A stretch of 64,000 nt of DNA, taken from NCBI GenBank assembly GCA_951406725.2, contig OX597831.1:79484001-79548000 (forward strand), in the 5' to 3' direction. The stretch comes from Octopus vulgaris. Lineage: Eukaryota. The position numbers and the translations under genes are program-made. The notes under the pieces were generated by a model, which was given only the letters and a program-made list of their open reading frames with translations, was not told where the DNA came from and ran no database searches. This document shows, one piece after another, positions 40,870 through 55,450 of the stretch. How positions within the stretch are numbered: position 1 is the first letter of the stretch; each line of letters opens with the position of its first letter.

Positions 40870-41414
40870 TCAACGAGTGTAACCTTTACGGGGTCATACG
40901 ACCTGCTGGAAATAAAAGCGAAATCTCTGTCTGAAATCACATCATAACGTCATTGTTTTAAGAAAGGACAGATTATATATAATGTGAAGTTCAACATGGA
41001 CTAAAAGAACGTGATGGGCACGGATGGAATGCTTTTAACAACGAACAATAATTACATATTCATATCTGTAGAAGAATACCCTCTAACTGTGACCACTTTA
41101 ATTGGTGGACAAGTGAATAGCCAACACCTATACTTAGCTCCGGCCTTCTGTGAAATATCAACACAGCTGTTCTTGGCATTGGTAGAATAACGGACAATGG
41201 TCAACTTCCGGTTCTTTTGTCTATTCATAGAGGCACTTATGATATTGGTCCCCCCCTTTTAAAAATATCACCTTTTGGCTATCTGTTTCACGACTATAGA
41301 ATTTCAGCGAATTCAAGTATGGTTTCGTTCTTTTTGAAGTGATGAACGCACTGATGTATACGCGTGTGTACGCACGTAATCACACGATGAAACATCTACG
41401 TACACACACACACA

Positions 41415-41452
<38 letters not shown>

Positions 41453-41767
41453 CCCGCTCGCACACGCATGCACACACTCACACATATACACCGACACAAC
41501 ACACATGTTGAAGAATTCACTTTTACATGCATCTGTCCACTTATGTATAGTGGTATACGCACGCGCTCACATACATATATCTGTATGTATGCATGTATGT
41601 ATGTATGTGTGTATGCGCATAAGTGTATGTGTGTACGCAAGTTTCTCTCTCTTTCTCTGACTCACTCACTCACTCACTCTCTATCTATCTCTTTTGTTCT
41701 CTCTCTCTCTCTCTCTCTGCATATGTATAAGTATGTTTGTGTATGTATATGTATGTGTGTATATAAG

Positions 41768-41806
<39 letters not shown>

Positions 41807-41837
41807 TACTCACTCACTGTACATGTATATATATTCG

Positions 41838-42216
41838 CGGCACTCCGTCGGTTACGACGACGAGGGTTCCAGTTGACCCGATGAACGGAACAGCCTGCTC
41901 GTGAAATTAACGTGCAAGTGGCTGATCACTCCACAGAAACGTGTACCCCTAACGTAGTTCTCGGGGGAGATTCAGCGTGACACAGAGTGTGACAAGGTAG
42001 GCTCTTTGGAATACAGGTACAACAGAAACAGGAAGAAAGAGTGAGAGAAAGTTGTGGTGAAAGAGTACAGCAAGGTTCACCACAACCTACTGACGGTGCC
42101 TCGTGGAACTTTTAGGTGTTTTCGCTCAATGAACACTTACAACGGCCGGTCTGGGAATCGAAACTGCGATCCCACAACCACGTGTCCGCTGCCCTAAACA
42201 CTGGGGCATTGCGCCT
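41838..42216 (-). mobile_element. SINE family C, tail type 2, full length
   Basis: Head gaggcgcaatgccccagtgtttagggcagcgg ... gtttcgattcccag; tail ends gtcgtaaccgacggagtg. Confidence 0.88.
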
Positions 42217-43734
42217 CTACATATATTGCATCAGTGTGTTTGTGTATGTATGGTGTATATATGTATATGCATTTATATATTTGTACGCATATCTGTGCCT
42301 GTTCTTAAATGTGTATGTGCGTTTGTCTGAGTGTGTATATTATGGATGCGTTATGTGTATATTTGTTGTTTTTTATATCTCATGAAAACACCTTTGAAGA
42401 ACATTACTTTCTGTATCATACATTGATAAATGCATTATTCCATTCATCTAACATATTACATACTGTGCATATCCGCTAAGCTTTACATAAGAGCATGTAA
42501 AGTATAATGATAACAAGACTCTGAAACGTATCCTCCAACTTTTGCATAACACACTAAATATGAAAAAAATTGAACTCTATGTTCAAGACTGAAACTAGAA
42601 AACTTCCTTTGGGCTACAATTTTCGAATATATTATGTCTTAAATTATTATTTTGGGACAGCATTTACTTAAAATAATTTGGGTCTTTATAATGTAAGCGA
42701 AGTTAGTATATGAATGGATTTTCAAGTTTCTGCTATGAAAGAAGGCTAAGTAAAACTGAAAAATATTGCATTTTCTTGGAATTCAGTACCCTTATAATCC
42801 ATTTCATAATTTTCGCTAATTCATTATTTCTTTTTTCTTTTTCTTTTTTAGATTTGTATTCTAAATTGTTTGGCAAATCCAAAAGAAGACAACTCAGGAA
42901 GCCATCAGTGATTAGCGATTCAAACGGTTTTGTCTAACTAAGTCTTTCCCACACGGTGGTGGTACCAGTAATATTTTGTTTTGTTTCTGTTATAGGCACA
43001 AGGACCGAAATCTGGGTTAAGGGACAAGGTAATTACATCGACCCCCAGTTCAAGTAAACACTTAGCATGTTCGGTTAAACAAAATGAAAAGAAAGAATTC
43101 TTTTATCATTTCGCTTTTATTTTTTTTCTTGTTTCAGTCCTTAGACTGCGGCAATGCTGGGGCTTCGCCTTGAAGAGTTCACTTGAACAAAATGACACCT
43201 ATTCTTTTTTTCTTTTCTCGTTCTATCGTTATCTTTTTTTTAATTTTTGCCGAACAACTAAGTTACGGGGACGTAAACACACCAATACCGGTTATCAAGT
43301 GGTAAAGCGGCAAACACAAGCACGAACACACACACACACACACATTGTGCACGGCGGGCTGATTGAACAGTCTTACTGTCAAAAGCATCACGGCCTAACT
43401 CATCGTGTCATTCATTTCAGGCATAGTTTAACTTGGACTACGTTATGCAATGGCTCCATTCATTTTTGTTTAGGATGGTAATGTGTAACGCGAAAGACGA
43501 TATTGGAATAGAAATGAAATTGAATATTCGGAAGCATAACGAGAGAATATATTCGTGCGAAGTTTAGCAAAAGGCGCAATGAAGTAATAGAGAATAAAAT
43601 AGAATAGGCCCGGAAGATGAATAATTAGATTTAATTAAGCGCTTAAACATCTCTCCGAATTATGTATGCATACACATAAAACCATACACACACATACAAA
43701 GAGGACAAAAATCGCATCAATTGTTCTTTTTATA

Positions 43735-44790
43735 AGAACAAGGCTGGAGGAGGGTGGGTTTAGTCGTTTAACTCAACGCCAGCACTTGATGGGTGCTGTG
43801 TCGTGTCGATTGCGGAAAAGTGAAGGACAAATTGACTTCGGCGGTATTTGAGCTTTACTTTGTGGGTTCAAATCCTGCCGTAGTCTATATTGCCATTCAT
43901 CCTTACGGAATCGATAAAATAAAGTACTGAGCAAGAACTTGGGGTCGATGTAATTACCTTGTCCCTTAACCCAGCTTTCGGTCCTTGTGCCTATAACAGA
44001 TACAAAACAAAAGCAGCAAAGATATTCTTTTCTACTCTAGGCACAATGCCCAAAATTGTGGGGGATGGGGCCACTCGATTAGATCACCCCCAGTACGCAA
44101 CTGGCACTTAATTTATCGACCCTGAAAGGATGAAAGGTAAAGTCGACCTCGGTGAAATTTGAACTGAACGTATAGACAGAGGAAATACCGCTAAGTATTT
44201 CGCCAGGTGTGCGAACATTACTTATTTCTTTATTGCGCACAAGGGGCTAAATATAGAGGGGACAAACAGGGACAGACAAAGGCATTAAGTCGGTTACATC
44301 GACCCAAGTGCGTAACTGGTATTTAATTTATCGACCCCGAGGCGGAATTTGAACTCAGAACGTAGCGGCAGACGAAATACCTATTTCTATTTCTTTACTA
44401 CCCATAAGGGGCTAAACACAAAGAGGACAAACGAGGACAGACAAAGGGATTAAGTCGATTATATCGACTCCAGTGCGTAACTGGCATGAAAGGCAAAGTT
44501 GAGCTCGGCGGAATTTGAAAACAGAACGTAGCGGCGGACGAAATATCTATTTCATTACTACCCCAGGAGGCTAAACACAGAGGGGACAAACAAGAACAGA
44601 CAAACGGATTAAGGCGAGTATATCGACCCCAGTGCGGAACTGGTACTTAATTTATCGACCCCGAAAAGATGAAAGGCAAAGTCGACCTCGGCGGAATTTG
44701 AACTCAGAACGTATCAGCAGACTAAAAATACGGCTACGCATTTCACCCGGCATGCTAACGTTTCTGCCAGCTCGCCGTCTTAAAAGCAGC
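43735..44790 (-). mobile_element. Cluster of family B SINEs including a head-to-tail multimer (44222-44780)
   Basis: Repeated ggcggaatttgaactcagaacgt and tatttcttta...ggggctaaa units; one plus-strand copy at ~43860-44000. Confidence 0.85.
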
Positions 44791-44814
44791 ATAGATAGGG
44801 TAGAATGGAAAATT

Positions 44815-44900
44815 ATTTTACGTTTCCAGCCTACGCTCTTCGGCGGAAAGGACTAAGAGGGGAAAAAACAGAGTAACAAAATAAACGGCGAGAAAAAAAT
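44815..44900 (-). repeat. Short repeat family H, degenerate
   Basis: ttttacgtttccagcctacgctcttcggcggaaagg. Confidence 0.65.
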
Positions 44901-44929
44901 TGGGAGATTAACGATCCAGTATGAATATA

Positions 44930-45290
44930 TGTATCTATGTGTCTGTGTCTGTGTTTTACCTTACCGCCACCATTCTCGTAACTTAGCTCTTCGACAAAAG
45001 AGACCGATAGAATAAGTATTAGTCTTACAAAGAATAAGACCTGGGGTCGATTTTTTCCATTAAAGTCATTTACGGCGTTGCTCCAGCATGGCTGCAGTCA
45101 AATGACTGGAGCAGTTATTTGTTTCAGTCATTTGACTGTGGCCGTGCTGGAGCACCGCCTTTAGCCGAGCAAACCGACTCCAGGACATACTCTTTACAAG
45201 CCTAGTACTTATTTTATTGGTGTCCTTTGCCGAACCGCTACTTTACGGGGACGTAACCATACCAACATCGGTTGTTACGCGATGGTGACG
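44930..45290. mobile_element. Two family A 3' halves joined tail-to-tail
   Basis: ...gcagtcaaatgactggagcag ttat ttgtttcagtcatttgactgtggc...; plus copy followed directly by a minus copy. Confidence 0.85.
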
Positions 45291-45854
45291 GAGAAAGGCA
45301 GTCAACAAACATAAATATACTATGTCACAAGAATGCAAAACATTCGGACAGTTAGGTGATATAAAAATGGGACAACAAAACATCCAGATAGACGATACAA
45401 AGAAAACAAAGACCGGTTATTCGAAGTTTTCTTTCCTCAGTCAAGTACCAGAGTATCTTCGCAATTTCGGCTGATGATACCCGAGATTGCTCCAATCTAG
45501 CCAACTCCAAGAAAAAACTAAGCTAAGAGCATTAGATTCCTTGGAAGAAAGCAGCGAATGTATATGAAACAAGGACGGAAAAAAACAGACAATGTTACAC
45601 AAATACAATAAAAATAATAACAGGACATAACAAAAGTTGTCATTCGAGTAAGGACGAATTAAATTAAGCTGGCGTGTGTGGAAATGAAGCCTTATGGCAG
45701 AGATACAAGATTTCACAGGCATGGGGAGGAATATCGATGTTGCACAGACAACAGCCAAACCAATAAAGAAAAATGAGGCTTGGCCGAACGCCGGTCACGT
45801 GGGAAGAGAAGAGAGAGAGGTAGAGGCAGATGGACAGAAGAATATATATATATA

Positions 45855-46022
45855 TATACGACGGGCTTCTTTCAGTTTCCGTCTACCAAATCTATTCACT
45901 GGGCTTTCGTAGGCCCGAGGCAATAGTAGAAGTGACTTGTCCAAGGTGCCATGCAGTGGGACTGAACCCGGAACCATATGCTTGGCAAGCATGCTACCTT
46001 CGAAATAGCCACTCCTGCACCT
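45855..46022 (-). mobile_element. SINE family A, 5' half
   Basis: Reverse complement of the head and core. Confidence 0.8.
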
Positions 46023-46042
46023 ACTCACACACACACACACAC

Positions 46043-46073
<31 letters not shown>

Positions 46074-46428
46074 GAAGTATATATATGTTTATGCATGTAT
46101 GGCGAAATACCAGAGCGACCATCAACAGTCATTGATAAACTTGTTCCTCAAATACCATTCTTCTTTCTTCCACTTTAAGAAACTACCCATTTATAATTCA
46201 TACGTTAGATCGAGATGGCTACGGCTGGAATGCTTTTCATCATACATCACCGTGATCATGACTAGCCAGGGGCAAAACGAACACCAACAACAACACCAAT
46301 AATAATATTCCTAGAAACATACAAACACACACTGTCAGAAAAATACCAGCACACACACCCATAAATCCAGAACCCGCATACATACATATATACGTATAAA
46401 CACACACACACACTCACGCGTGTATGCG

Positions 46429-46460
<32 letters not shown>

Positions 46461-46931
46461 TATCTATTGGATGTTTTAAATACCCATCTCAGTGTCATCC
46501 GGTGCAAGCCTATATAAATTTAGGAGACGTCTTATCAGAAAAACCAAGTGTTTTATTTAATTGCCAACAAATATAATTAGCTCTTTTTATTCTTATAAGG
46601 AGTGGGTGGGCAGAAGAGGAGAGATAACAACCCCCACCAGCAGACGCGTTGAGAGAAGCCCATTAATAGAGCACAAAACACACACACACACACACACACA
46701 CGTATATATATACGTATACACACACATATACACACACATATATATACACACAAACACACACATACATATATACAAGTACACGCATAGTTATTCATATACA
46801 CACATATATACATACACACACACGCACATATATATACATGCATACGCATAGATATTCATACACACATATATATATACACACACGCACATACACACACATG
46901 TATACACACACGTACATACACACACATGTAT

Positions 46932-46976
<45 letters not shown>

Positions 46977-47198
46977 AACATACATGCGTATATATGTATG
47001 TATATTTGTAATTATGTGTGTATATAGTGTATATTGTATGCGGGTGTATAAATACATACCTTCTGGAACAATCACAGAGGGATAAGTCAATCTTGGTTTT
47101 TTTTTATTGTTTTTATATTTAACGTTTGTTTCTCGACAAAAGAAAAGGTTTTTATGGGTGTTTAGTATCGGATTACGTCCACGATTCACCTCTGGTAT

Positions 47199-47257
<59 letters not shown>

Positions 47258-47427
47258 TGTGTGTGCGTCCGTGCGTGTGTGCTTGAGTGCGTGTGTTTGC
47301 GTGTGTAGATGTATGTGTATCTTATGTGTTTTTACATGTATATGAATAAACTGTTATGCGTTTATAATTAGTGTGTGCAGGTGGTGTGTGTGTGCGCGCA
47401 TTCATGTCAATGTGTATACCTGTTGCA

Positions 47428-47461
<34 letters not shown>

Positions 47462-47676
47462 TGTTTGTTACTTTTATAGAGAGTTGGGCGTCGGTGTAAG
47501 TTACAATGCATGACATTCACACACACATACACACAAACACACGCTTTGTATATGAATGAATATATATATATATATACACATACATATATATATATATACA
47601 TACATACACATATAGAGACATATATATGATTATATATGCATACATATCATACATATTGAAACACACACCACGTATA

Positions 47677-47707
<31 letters not shown>

Positions 47708-48131
47708 TTAATTACAACGCGTAAACGTATTGATGGCCATTTAAAACACACATACGGCGTTATATCCGTTGTATTTACTAAACTGCGAAGATACTATCAA
47801 GGATTACGGTAAACAAATTTGCCGTGAGAAATGAACAATAAACGGACACTTGTTTAAAAGGAAGAAGAAAAAATATGTGTCATTAATTTCGGTCTAGAAC
47901 TAAGAAACAATTTTTCTTAACTTCTCTCTTCTCGTCTTCTTTCTCTTTTCTTCTCTGAAGAAGAATTATTCCAAACGTTGTACTTTGCTTCAGTGCTTAA
48001 AGAATTTAATGTCGGGGGCCATTTTACCTTCCTTAATCAGCATACTTACTCGTGCAGTTTCTAGCCGGCCAAAGCCATGTGGGTAGAGTTGGTAGGCTGA
48101 AACTGAAAGAATCCCGTCTCACACACACACA

Positions 48132-48181
<50 letters not shown>

Positions 48182-48192
48182 CATATATATAT

Positions 48193-48265
<73 letters not shown>

Positions 48266-48485
48266 AAAAGAGAAAAAATCCTGGAGACGCATTCTTATTT
48301 TTCAAGCATCCAAAATGACGAGACCCCTTTCTTACAGGAATTGATTACTTCACAATGTCCCTTGAAAAGCTAATTTAAATAGCGCAAACCGGTTGGATAT
48401 CACGACGCCCATAGAATATGTATATAAAAAAAAAATTCTTTATAAAAAGATATTAAACTATGTGAAACGAAGGCATTTCTCTCCC

Positions 48486-48529
<44 letters not shown>

Positions 48530-48532
<3 letters not shown>

Positions 48533-48772
48533 GGCTGGTCAAAAGGCACCTGACAGTAAATCAAAACCATTTAACTCCAAGATTAAAACAAAATATTATT
48601 TTATATAAGTCTTCGCTAAGGAATAGACAAATGTTGAAAAACAAAAAAAATATGATTTTCACTGAGAGCATTCAGTTATTAAATATATTCCTAATTGGAA
48701 TAAATAACTGAAATTCTATATTAACTATTTATGGAATTTTGATTTACTGTCGGGTAAGTTTTTGCCAATATG
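48530..48772. mobile_element. Tc1/mariner-type MITE in (TA)n
   Basis: Left cagggctggtcaaaaggcacctgacagtaaatcaaaa and right ttttgatttactgtcgggtaagtttttgccaatatg are imperfect TIRs flanked by TA. Confidence 0.7.
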
Positions 48773-48773
48773 T

Positions 48774-48821
<48 letters not shown>

Positions 48822-48827
<6 letters not shown>

Positions 48828-48960
48828 AGCGTTTACGAAAAAAACAAAAGACGAAGACAGGTGGTGTACAAAGCAAGCAGGAATTGAAAAAGTCTTTTAC
48901 GTTTCGAGCCTACGCTCTTCTACAAAAAGGGACACAGAAAAAAACAAGGAGAGAAAAAAT
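48822..48960 (-). repeat. Short repeat family H
   Basis: gtcttttacgtttcgagcctacgctcttctacaaaaagg; abuts (TA)n. Confidence 0.85.
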
Positions 48961-48974
48961 ATATAAGAGGAGAG

Positions 48975-49187
48975 TCTTTATCTTTGTGTTTGTCTCACCA
49001 CCGCTTGACTACCGGTGTTGATGATGTCCGCGTAACTTAACAGTTCGACGTAAGAAACCGATAAAATAAGCAATCGTCTATAAAAGAAAATAAGTCCTGG
49101 GGATCGATTTGTTTGACTAAAACCCTTCAATGCGGTGCCCCAGCATGGCCGCAGTCCAATGACTGAAACAAGTAAAAGATTAAAAGA
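48975..49187 (+). mobile_element. SINE family A, older 3' half
   Basis: gcggtgccccagcatggccgcagtccaatgactgaaacaagtaaaaga. Confidence 0.8.
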
Positions 49188-49497
49188 ATGGATTTACCTG
49201 AGCGCCATAATCAGCACAAGATTCAGAAATTATAGCAACACCTTGTTCTCATGCCAAAGGTGTGTGGTTCTATAGAATACGGACGGAATCGTTTTGAATT
49301 GTTTCATTGGTTCCACTCCACTTTGGACACGTAAAGATGTTTGCAGCTTTTTGTGTCTGACCAGCATCCTGAGTCAAAGCAGGTTTTTTCTTTCTCTGTG
49401 ACAAACCAAAGGATTTTCCAAAATTGACCATGTTCCTCATTCTGTTTTTTTCTCTTTTTTTACTTACGAAAATTTCTTACGAGAACAAAAGCCCTTT

Positions 49498-50002
49498 CAT
49501 CATGATGATGATCATGATGATGATGATGATCATCATCATCATCGTCGTCGTCGTCATCATCATCATCATCATCGTCGTCGTCGTCGTCGTCATCATCAAC
49601 ATCATCATCATCATAATCATCATCACCATCGTCGTCTTCGTCATATATATCATCATCATTATCCTCATCCTCATCCTCATCATCATCATCATCGTCATCA
49701 TCGTCATCATCGTCATCATCGCCATTATCTTTATCAGCATCCTCACCATCATGACCACCATCACCATCATCATCACCGTCATGGTTATCATCATCGTCGT
49801 TGTCCTTGATGATATAGATGACGAAGACGATGATGATGATGATTATAATGATGATGATTATGATGATGATGATGCTGATGATGACGACGACGACGATGAT
49901 GATTATGGTGATAGTGATGATGACGACTACGACGACGACGATGATGATGATGATCATGATCATGATGAAAGTGCTTTTGTTCTCGACATCATCATCATCA
50001 TT

Positions 50003-50050
<48 letters not shown>

Positions 50051-50250
50051 GTTATCATCGTCGTCGTCATCATCATCATCATCATCATCGTCTTCGTCGT
50101 CGTCGTCGTCATTATCATCGTCTCCACCGGCGCTGAACCCATCAACAATGATGCCACCAGCACCAACACTAGCAACAGCAGGAACAACAACAACAACAAG
50201 AACGACAAGAACAAGAACAACAACAACAACAGCAACAACAACAACGACCA
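49498..50250. repeat. (CAT)n-(GAT)n-(CAT)n-(CAA)n compound microsatellite
   Basis: Direct reading. Confidence 0.95.
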
Positions 50251-50547
50251 CCGTTATCTGTCCCCGAAATGTTTATGAATGCTACAACTTTAACGCATTA
50301 CTGCGCAGAATCAAAGAGAAATTGACGGACAATATTGAAAAAGGTGGTTTCAGGCAAATGAAAGTACGCGTCAGAAGTAGCTGTCACTTCCATCAAAATG
50401 TTCTTCGGATCACTTCGGGTCACTTCCGGTCACCTTCACTCCACATTTTGTTTGTGCACAAGGCCACACATTATCAGAAGAACAATAAAGTTGATTCAAA
50501 CCACGCAAGAAGAATATATATATATATATATATTTATTTATATACAG

Positions 50548-50590
<43 letters not shown>

Positions 50591-50599
50591 CATACATAC

Positions 50600-50675
<76 letters not shown>

Positions 50676-51045
50676 TTATATACAGATATATATATATATG
50701 AACAATTTCATTTAGAATGGTTGATTCTCTCAATCTCGATACCTTATGACAAAGGCAAGGAATTGTGTCTTCTCTGCAATTCTGAGCTATTTTTCATTAC
50801 TTTTTCTAAAAGTCCCCTAGTAAACACGGTTATACAGCGAGCATACAGATGTAAACATCGGCAAAAACACACATTTAGTGCATATAAGTAATCTCTATCA
50901 TTATATATAATTTAAACTTTAATTTCCTTTATATTTAACATTCACTATTAATATCATTGTAATATCCCTACTCTTTCTGTAAGCTACATATGTCGAAAGT
51001 AAAAATATTTGATTTACAGCTGCGTTAAGATCAATTTATTTATTC

Positions 51046-51111
<66 letters not shown>

Positions 51112-51368
51112 TTATATACATAAGGATAAGATCGTTAATTTAAAATGAAATAACGATTTTATCAAGTGGTCAGCATGGAAAAAATAACCTTCAAAGGTAA
51201 CAATTGTTAAAATTATAAATTAGGGTATCTACGAGATACCACCATGCTGAAAATAGCAGCCATGATCTCACTCTAAAACCACCTTAATTGTCCATATATA
51301 TATATATAATACACACGCGTTTATGTGTATGTGTACATTTATATAGAGATATATAGATATTAGGAATA

Positions 51369-51400
<32 letters not shown>

Positions 51401-51639
51401 AATAATAATAACAATTTATTGCCTTATTGGCCACAAAGGCAAATATAGATGTATATAAAAGGACATGCAATATAAAAGACAACACATTACGATACAATGC
51501 GTGTACACATTAGATAACAAAAAAAAAATAAACAATATAAAACTCCCAATAGAGGGGGGCGTTTTAAATGTTACTGGTGGGGAAAAACCCCACAAAAGCC
51601 ATGGGTTCATGACCAACAGGACAGGAGCACTTCTTTTCA

Positions 51640-51921
51640 TTCTCGATAATAAATTAATATGAGAAGTAAACCTAGCCATTGAATTACAAAGACTATGGAA
51701 AGTGTGGGTAAAATCCCAGCAGATATAGGTGCATTGGGAACTATCCCTAAAGATTTGAACAGATGGATAGAGGAAATAGACATAAAAAAACAGTTTAGTA
51801 CAGTTGCAGAAAATAGTTTTATTAGGGACACTTAGGTGGGTTCTTGGCATCTAAGACTATCTGTTGTAGCCCGATGTTAGGATTCTTTTCTTTTCCAGAA
51901 GTTTAATCTGTTGAGTGTATG
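51640..51921 (+). mobile_element. R4/Dong-like RLE retrotransposon 3' fragment, older family
   Basis: NLAIELQRLWK...IPADIGALGTIPKDLNRWIEEI...LQKIVLLGTLRWVLGI*, then a short UTR and (TAA)n. Confidence 0.75.
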
Positions 51922-52052
<131 letters not shown>

Positions 52053-52126
52053 AATGATGATGACGACGATGACAATAACAGCAACAACAACAACAACAAC
52101 AATAATAATAATAATAATAATAATAA

Positions 52127-53096
52127 TACCCAAAGAGAGCAAATAATGCAGATGTTGACAAAGCCCTGACCCATCAATGGCTAATGGCCTCTGGCTTAAA
52201 ATCTGAAACAGAGGGGTTTATCATAGCAGCTCAAGATCAATGCCTACCAACAAGAAACTACCAGGCCAACATATTAAAGATCAGAAGCAGTCCAACGTGT
52301 CGTGTATGCCAGCAACAAAATGAAACCATTGACCATGTGGTCTCCAAGTGCAGTCTTCTAGCGCCTACAGAGTATCTCAACAGACACGATAGAGCTGCAC
52401 AATATATTCACTGGGTAATCTGCAAAAACCTGGATTTGCCCCTTGATAAAAACTGGTGGGAACACAAACCACCCCCAGTGCTTGAAAATGACCACATCTC
52501 ACTCCTCTGGAACTTCACCATTCAAACTGACAGAAAGATAGATGCAAATAGGCCAGATATCATATTGAAAGACTTCAAACAAAGAACATGCCTCCTCATT
52601 GATATGACTGTCCCAATCGATATAAACGTATCTGTCAAGACCTACCAAAACTGAGCAAATATAAAGATCTTGAAATAGAAATCAGCAAAATGTGGAACCT
52701 GAAGACTAAAACAATACCTGTTGTCATAGGTGCCCTGGGAATGATAGCAAAAGGGGCTGATAGCTACCTAACTCACATACCAGGAAACCCAAAAATGGCA
52801 GATATTCAAAAGATAGTGCTCATGGGAACTGCTCATATCCTACGCAAAATACTTTCTATGTAATCTCAAGGTTTAAAACAAACATAATTTTCGGTTTAAA
52901 GAAAGAAAAAAAAAAATTTCTTTTTTTTTTTTTAGACATTCATTAGTACAACACCAAAAACTCCCCCCCCCCAAAAAAAAAAATATATGGCACACTAGGC
53001 ATAACAACAACATGAACTTCCAACCTGTTGTCTTTTGAGGTCTCTGGGTGAGACTTGGAGCCAACTTGTACAAATATAAAGCAAAAGTCAAACATA

Positions 53097-53097
<1 letters not shown>
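52127..53097 (+). mobile_element. R4/Dong-like RLE retrotransposon, 5'-truncated and young
   Basis: YPKRANNADVDKALTHQWLMASGLKSETEGFIIAAQDQ, CCHC knuckle CRVC..ETIDHVVSKC, RHD, RPD..D endonuclease block, then after one frameshift near 52650 LSKYKDLEIEISKMW...IPVVIGALG...GTAHILRKILSM* (stop 52861-52863); (TAA)n on both sides. Confidence 0.9.
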
Positions 53098-53180
<83 letters not shown>

Positions 53181-53182
<2 letters not shown>

Positions 53183-53825
53183 GCCCTGATGCAGTACATG
53201 CCCTGATGCAGTACATGCCCTGATGCAGTATGTATGCCCTGATGCAGTACATGCCCTGATGCAGTACCTTGCCCCGATGCAGTTCCAGGCAGAGGCTCTC
53301 ATGGCTTCTGATCTTAACTGATTGGAAGTGTTATCATGTACATTGTTTTGTCTTCGTATAAAAGATGGGCTACAGCAAATATTCTGCTCAATACCACAGA
53401 TTTGCTTGTCAGTTGTTTGACCTTAACCAGTTGAGCATGTCCCTTGGTGGCTGACGATATGTGCATCTCTGATCACGAGCAGAAGTAGTGGGGGAGCATC
53501 ATAGCCATGTGTTGAGAAGGATTCTTTGGGGTTTGAATAATTCACCTCTGGAAACATGGGTGGTTCTTTCAACATCCTTAAACAACCCTTATTCAGGGAC
53601 CGCTTGAGCGGGATGGGCTACTCAACCTGAAGAAAATTCTAACTGGGCCCCACCTGCAAGGTCATGTGCTGTTTATCTTGATATGAGATCACCATGTCGC
53701 GCACATATGGTTGTGATGCATGTGCCTGGTGTACCCTTATCAGACGGGTAGTCATGAAGGGTATATTGGGCTTCGTATATTTTACCCCAGTGTCACTTTG
53801 ATGGCATGAACTGCTCTCTCACTCA
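53181..53825 (+). mobile_element. (TAA)n-associated non-coding element, copy 3, with tandemly repeated 5' end
   Basis: About six copies of atgccctgatgcagtac, then the family body ending ctctctcactca(ATA)n. Confidence 0.88.
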
Positions 53826-53900
53826 ATAATAATAATAATAATAATAATAACAACAATAATAATAATCATTAGATAATAACAACAACAACAACAACAACAA

Positions 53901-54084
53901 CATCGAAAATACCTTAGGAATGAGAACCCAGGTTCGAAATTTCCCCAAGACACCCGATGAAGGCTGGAGGATATATCAACCGAAACGTTGTATTAACAAC
54001 AAACAAGATGAGGACAAATGTCTGTCGAATGTAAATAATGTAAATAATGTGCATAATTCCTCATCTCTTAAATATAGAACTGTA
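53901..54084 (+). mobile_element. Penelope-like terminal repeat fragment with a mutated hammerhead
   Basis: acac-CCGATGA-a-ggctgg...caacc-GAAAC-GTT-gt; the 3' part recurs inverted at 55787-55860. Confidence 0.6.
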
Positions 54085-54821
54085 AACGGGGTTTGGAAGA
54101 GAACGTCGCGACGGGGTGAAGCAGATTGTAAATGACAGCTGGGAACTCCAGAAAGTCCTTAGTAACAAGGGGCCAAAATATACGGATATAAAAAGCAACT
54201 AGATAGAGAGGGTGTGTAAGTATGAGAAGATTGCGGCTGGGCAGGAGTATGTCTTCGTCAGTGATAAATGAGATACCTGAGTAATTAGAGTCTGCTACGA
54301 AGTAGTTTGGTTGGAGGATATCACACAGGACAGACAAACAAATGACATCGTCAAAATTGGGGGCCTCTCTCAGTTTTTCCTTTCTTTCTTTTCGCTTTTT
54401 CTTTTTCTTTTACCTTTCTGGGTATTTTTTGTTGTTGTTGGTTTTGTCATTTTTGCCACCCTACGACTTCGACGCCGCCACTGTCGATTGTATGTGTGTA
54501 TGTACGTACGTACGTAAATATGTATGTATATATGTGCGTGTGTATATATGTATGTGGGTCTATGCATGCATGTATGTATATATATGTGGGTATGTGCGTA
54601 TGTATGCATGTATGTATGTATATATGTATGTATGTATGTATATGTGCGTATGTATGTGTGCGTATGCTGCTATGTTTGTATGTGCATGCGTATATATATA
54701 TATAGATATATATACGCATGCGCATGTGCGAATGTGCATGTGTACGTATGTGTTCACATATATTTCTAAGAATTTGATTCCAGTTCTCTCACATGGAATA
54801 TATATATATATATATACACAC

Positions 54822-54857
<36 letters not shown>

Positions 54858-55052
54858 GTGTGTATATATATATATATACATATATATACATATATGCATA
54901 TATACATATATATATATACATCTATGCATATATTCGTATATGTGTGCGGATGTATATACACATACTACACATTATACACCCGTATATATATATATATAAA
55001 TGTATTATACATATATACATGTATATATATATGTATGTATATATTTTATTTC

Positions 55053-55098
<46 letters not shown>

Positions 55099-55417
55099 GC
55101 ATATAAATACACACCACATACACACATTTATATATGTATATATATTTATGCATATATCAATGTACGCTTGGTCTAATAAAGACAAGATTCACTTGTTGAA
55201 AGCTTAACTATATACACCCAATCTCTCTCGAAGTATATAAAAGAGATCTTAAAATTTTTTTTCTTTTAATATCAAGCTGACATGAACGCTAAGATTCATA
55301 CATATATATACATACACAGAAATATACACACAAACACAAAAAACATACATATATACATACATACACACATACATACATACACACATACATACATACACAC
55401 ATACATACATACATACA

Positions 55418-55450
<33 letters not shown>

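Noticed and set aside
49190-49400. Possible minus-strand exon ending atggcgctcag|gtaaat
   Set aside because: Stops in all frames and no clear acceptor; the donor-like motif alone is insufficient
49424-50891. 284-357-aa ORFs rich in Ile/Asp/Met/Ser
   Set aside because: CAT/GAT/CAA and TA repeats
52184-52654. 156-aa ORF as a host gene
   Set aside because: It is the zinc knuckle/endonuclease part of a truncated retrotransposon ORF
53181-53284. 17-bp direct repeats superficially like a CRISPR array
   Set aside because: No unique spacers or cas genes; reiterated 5' end of a eukaryotic retroelement
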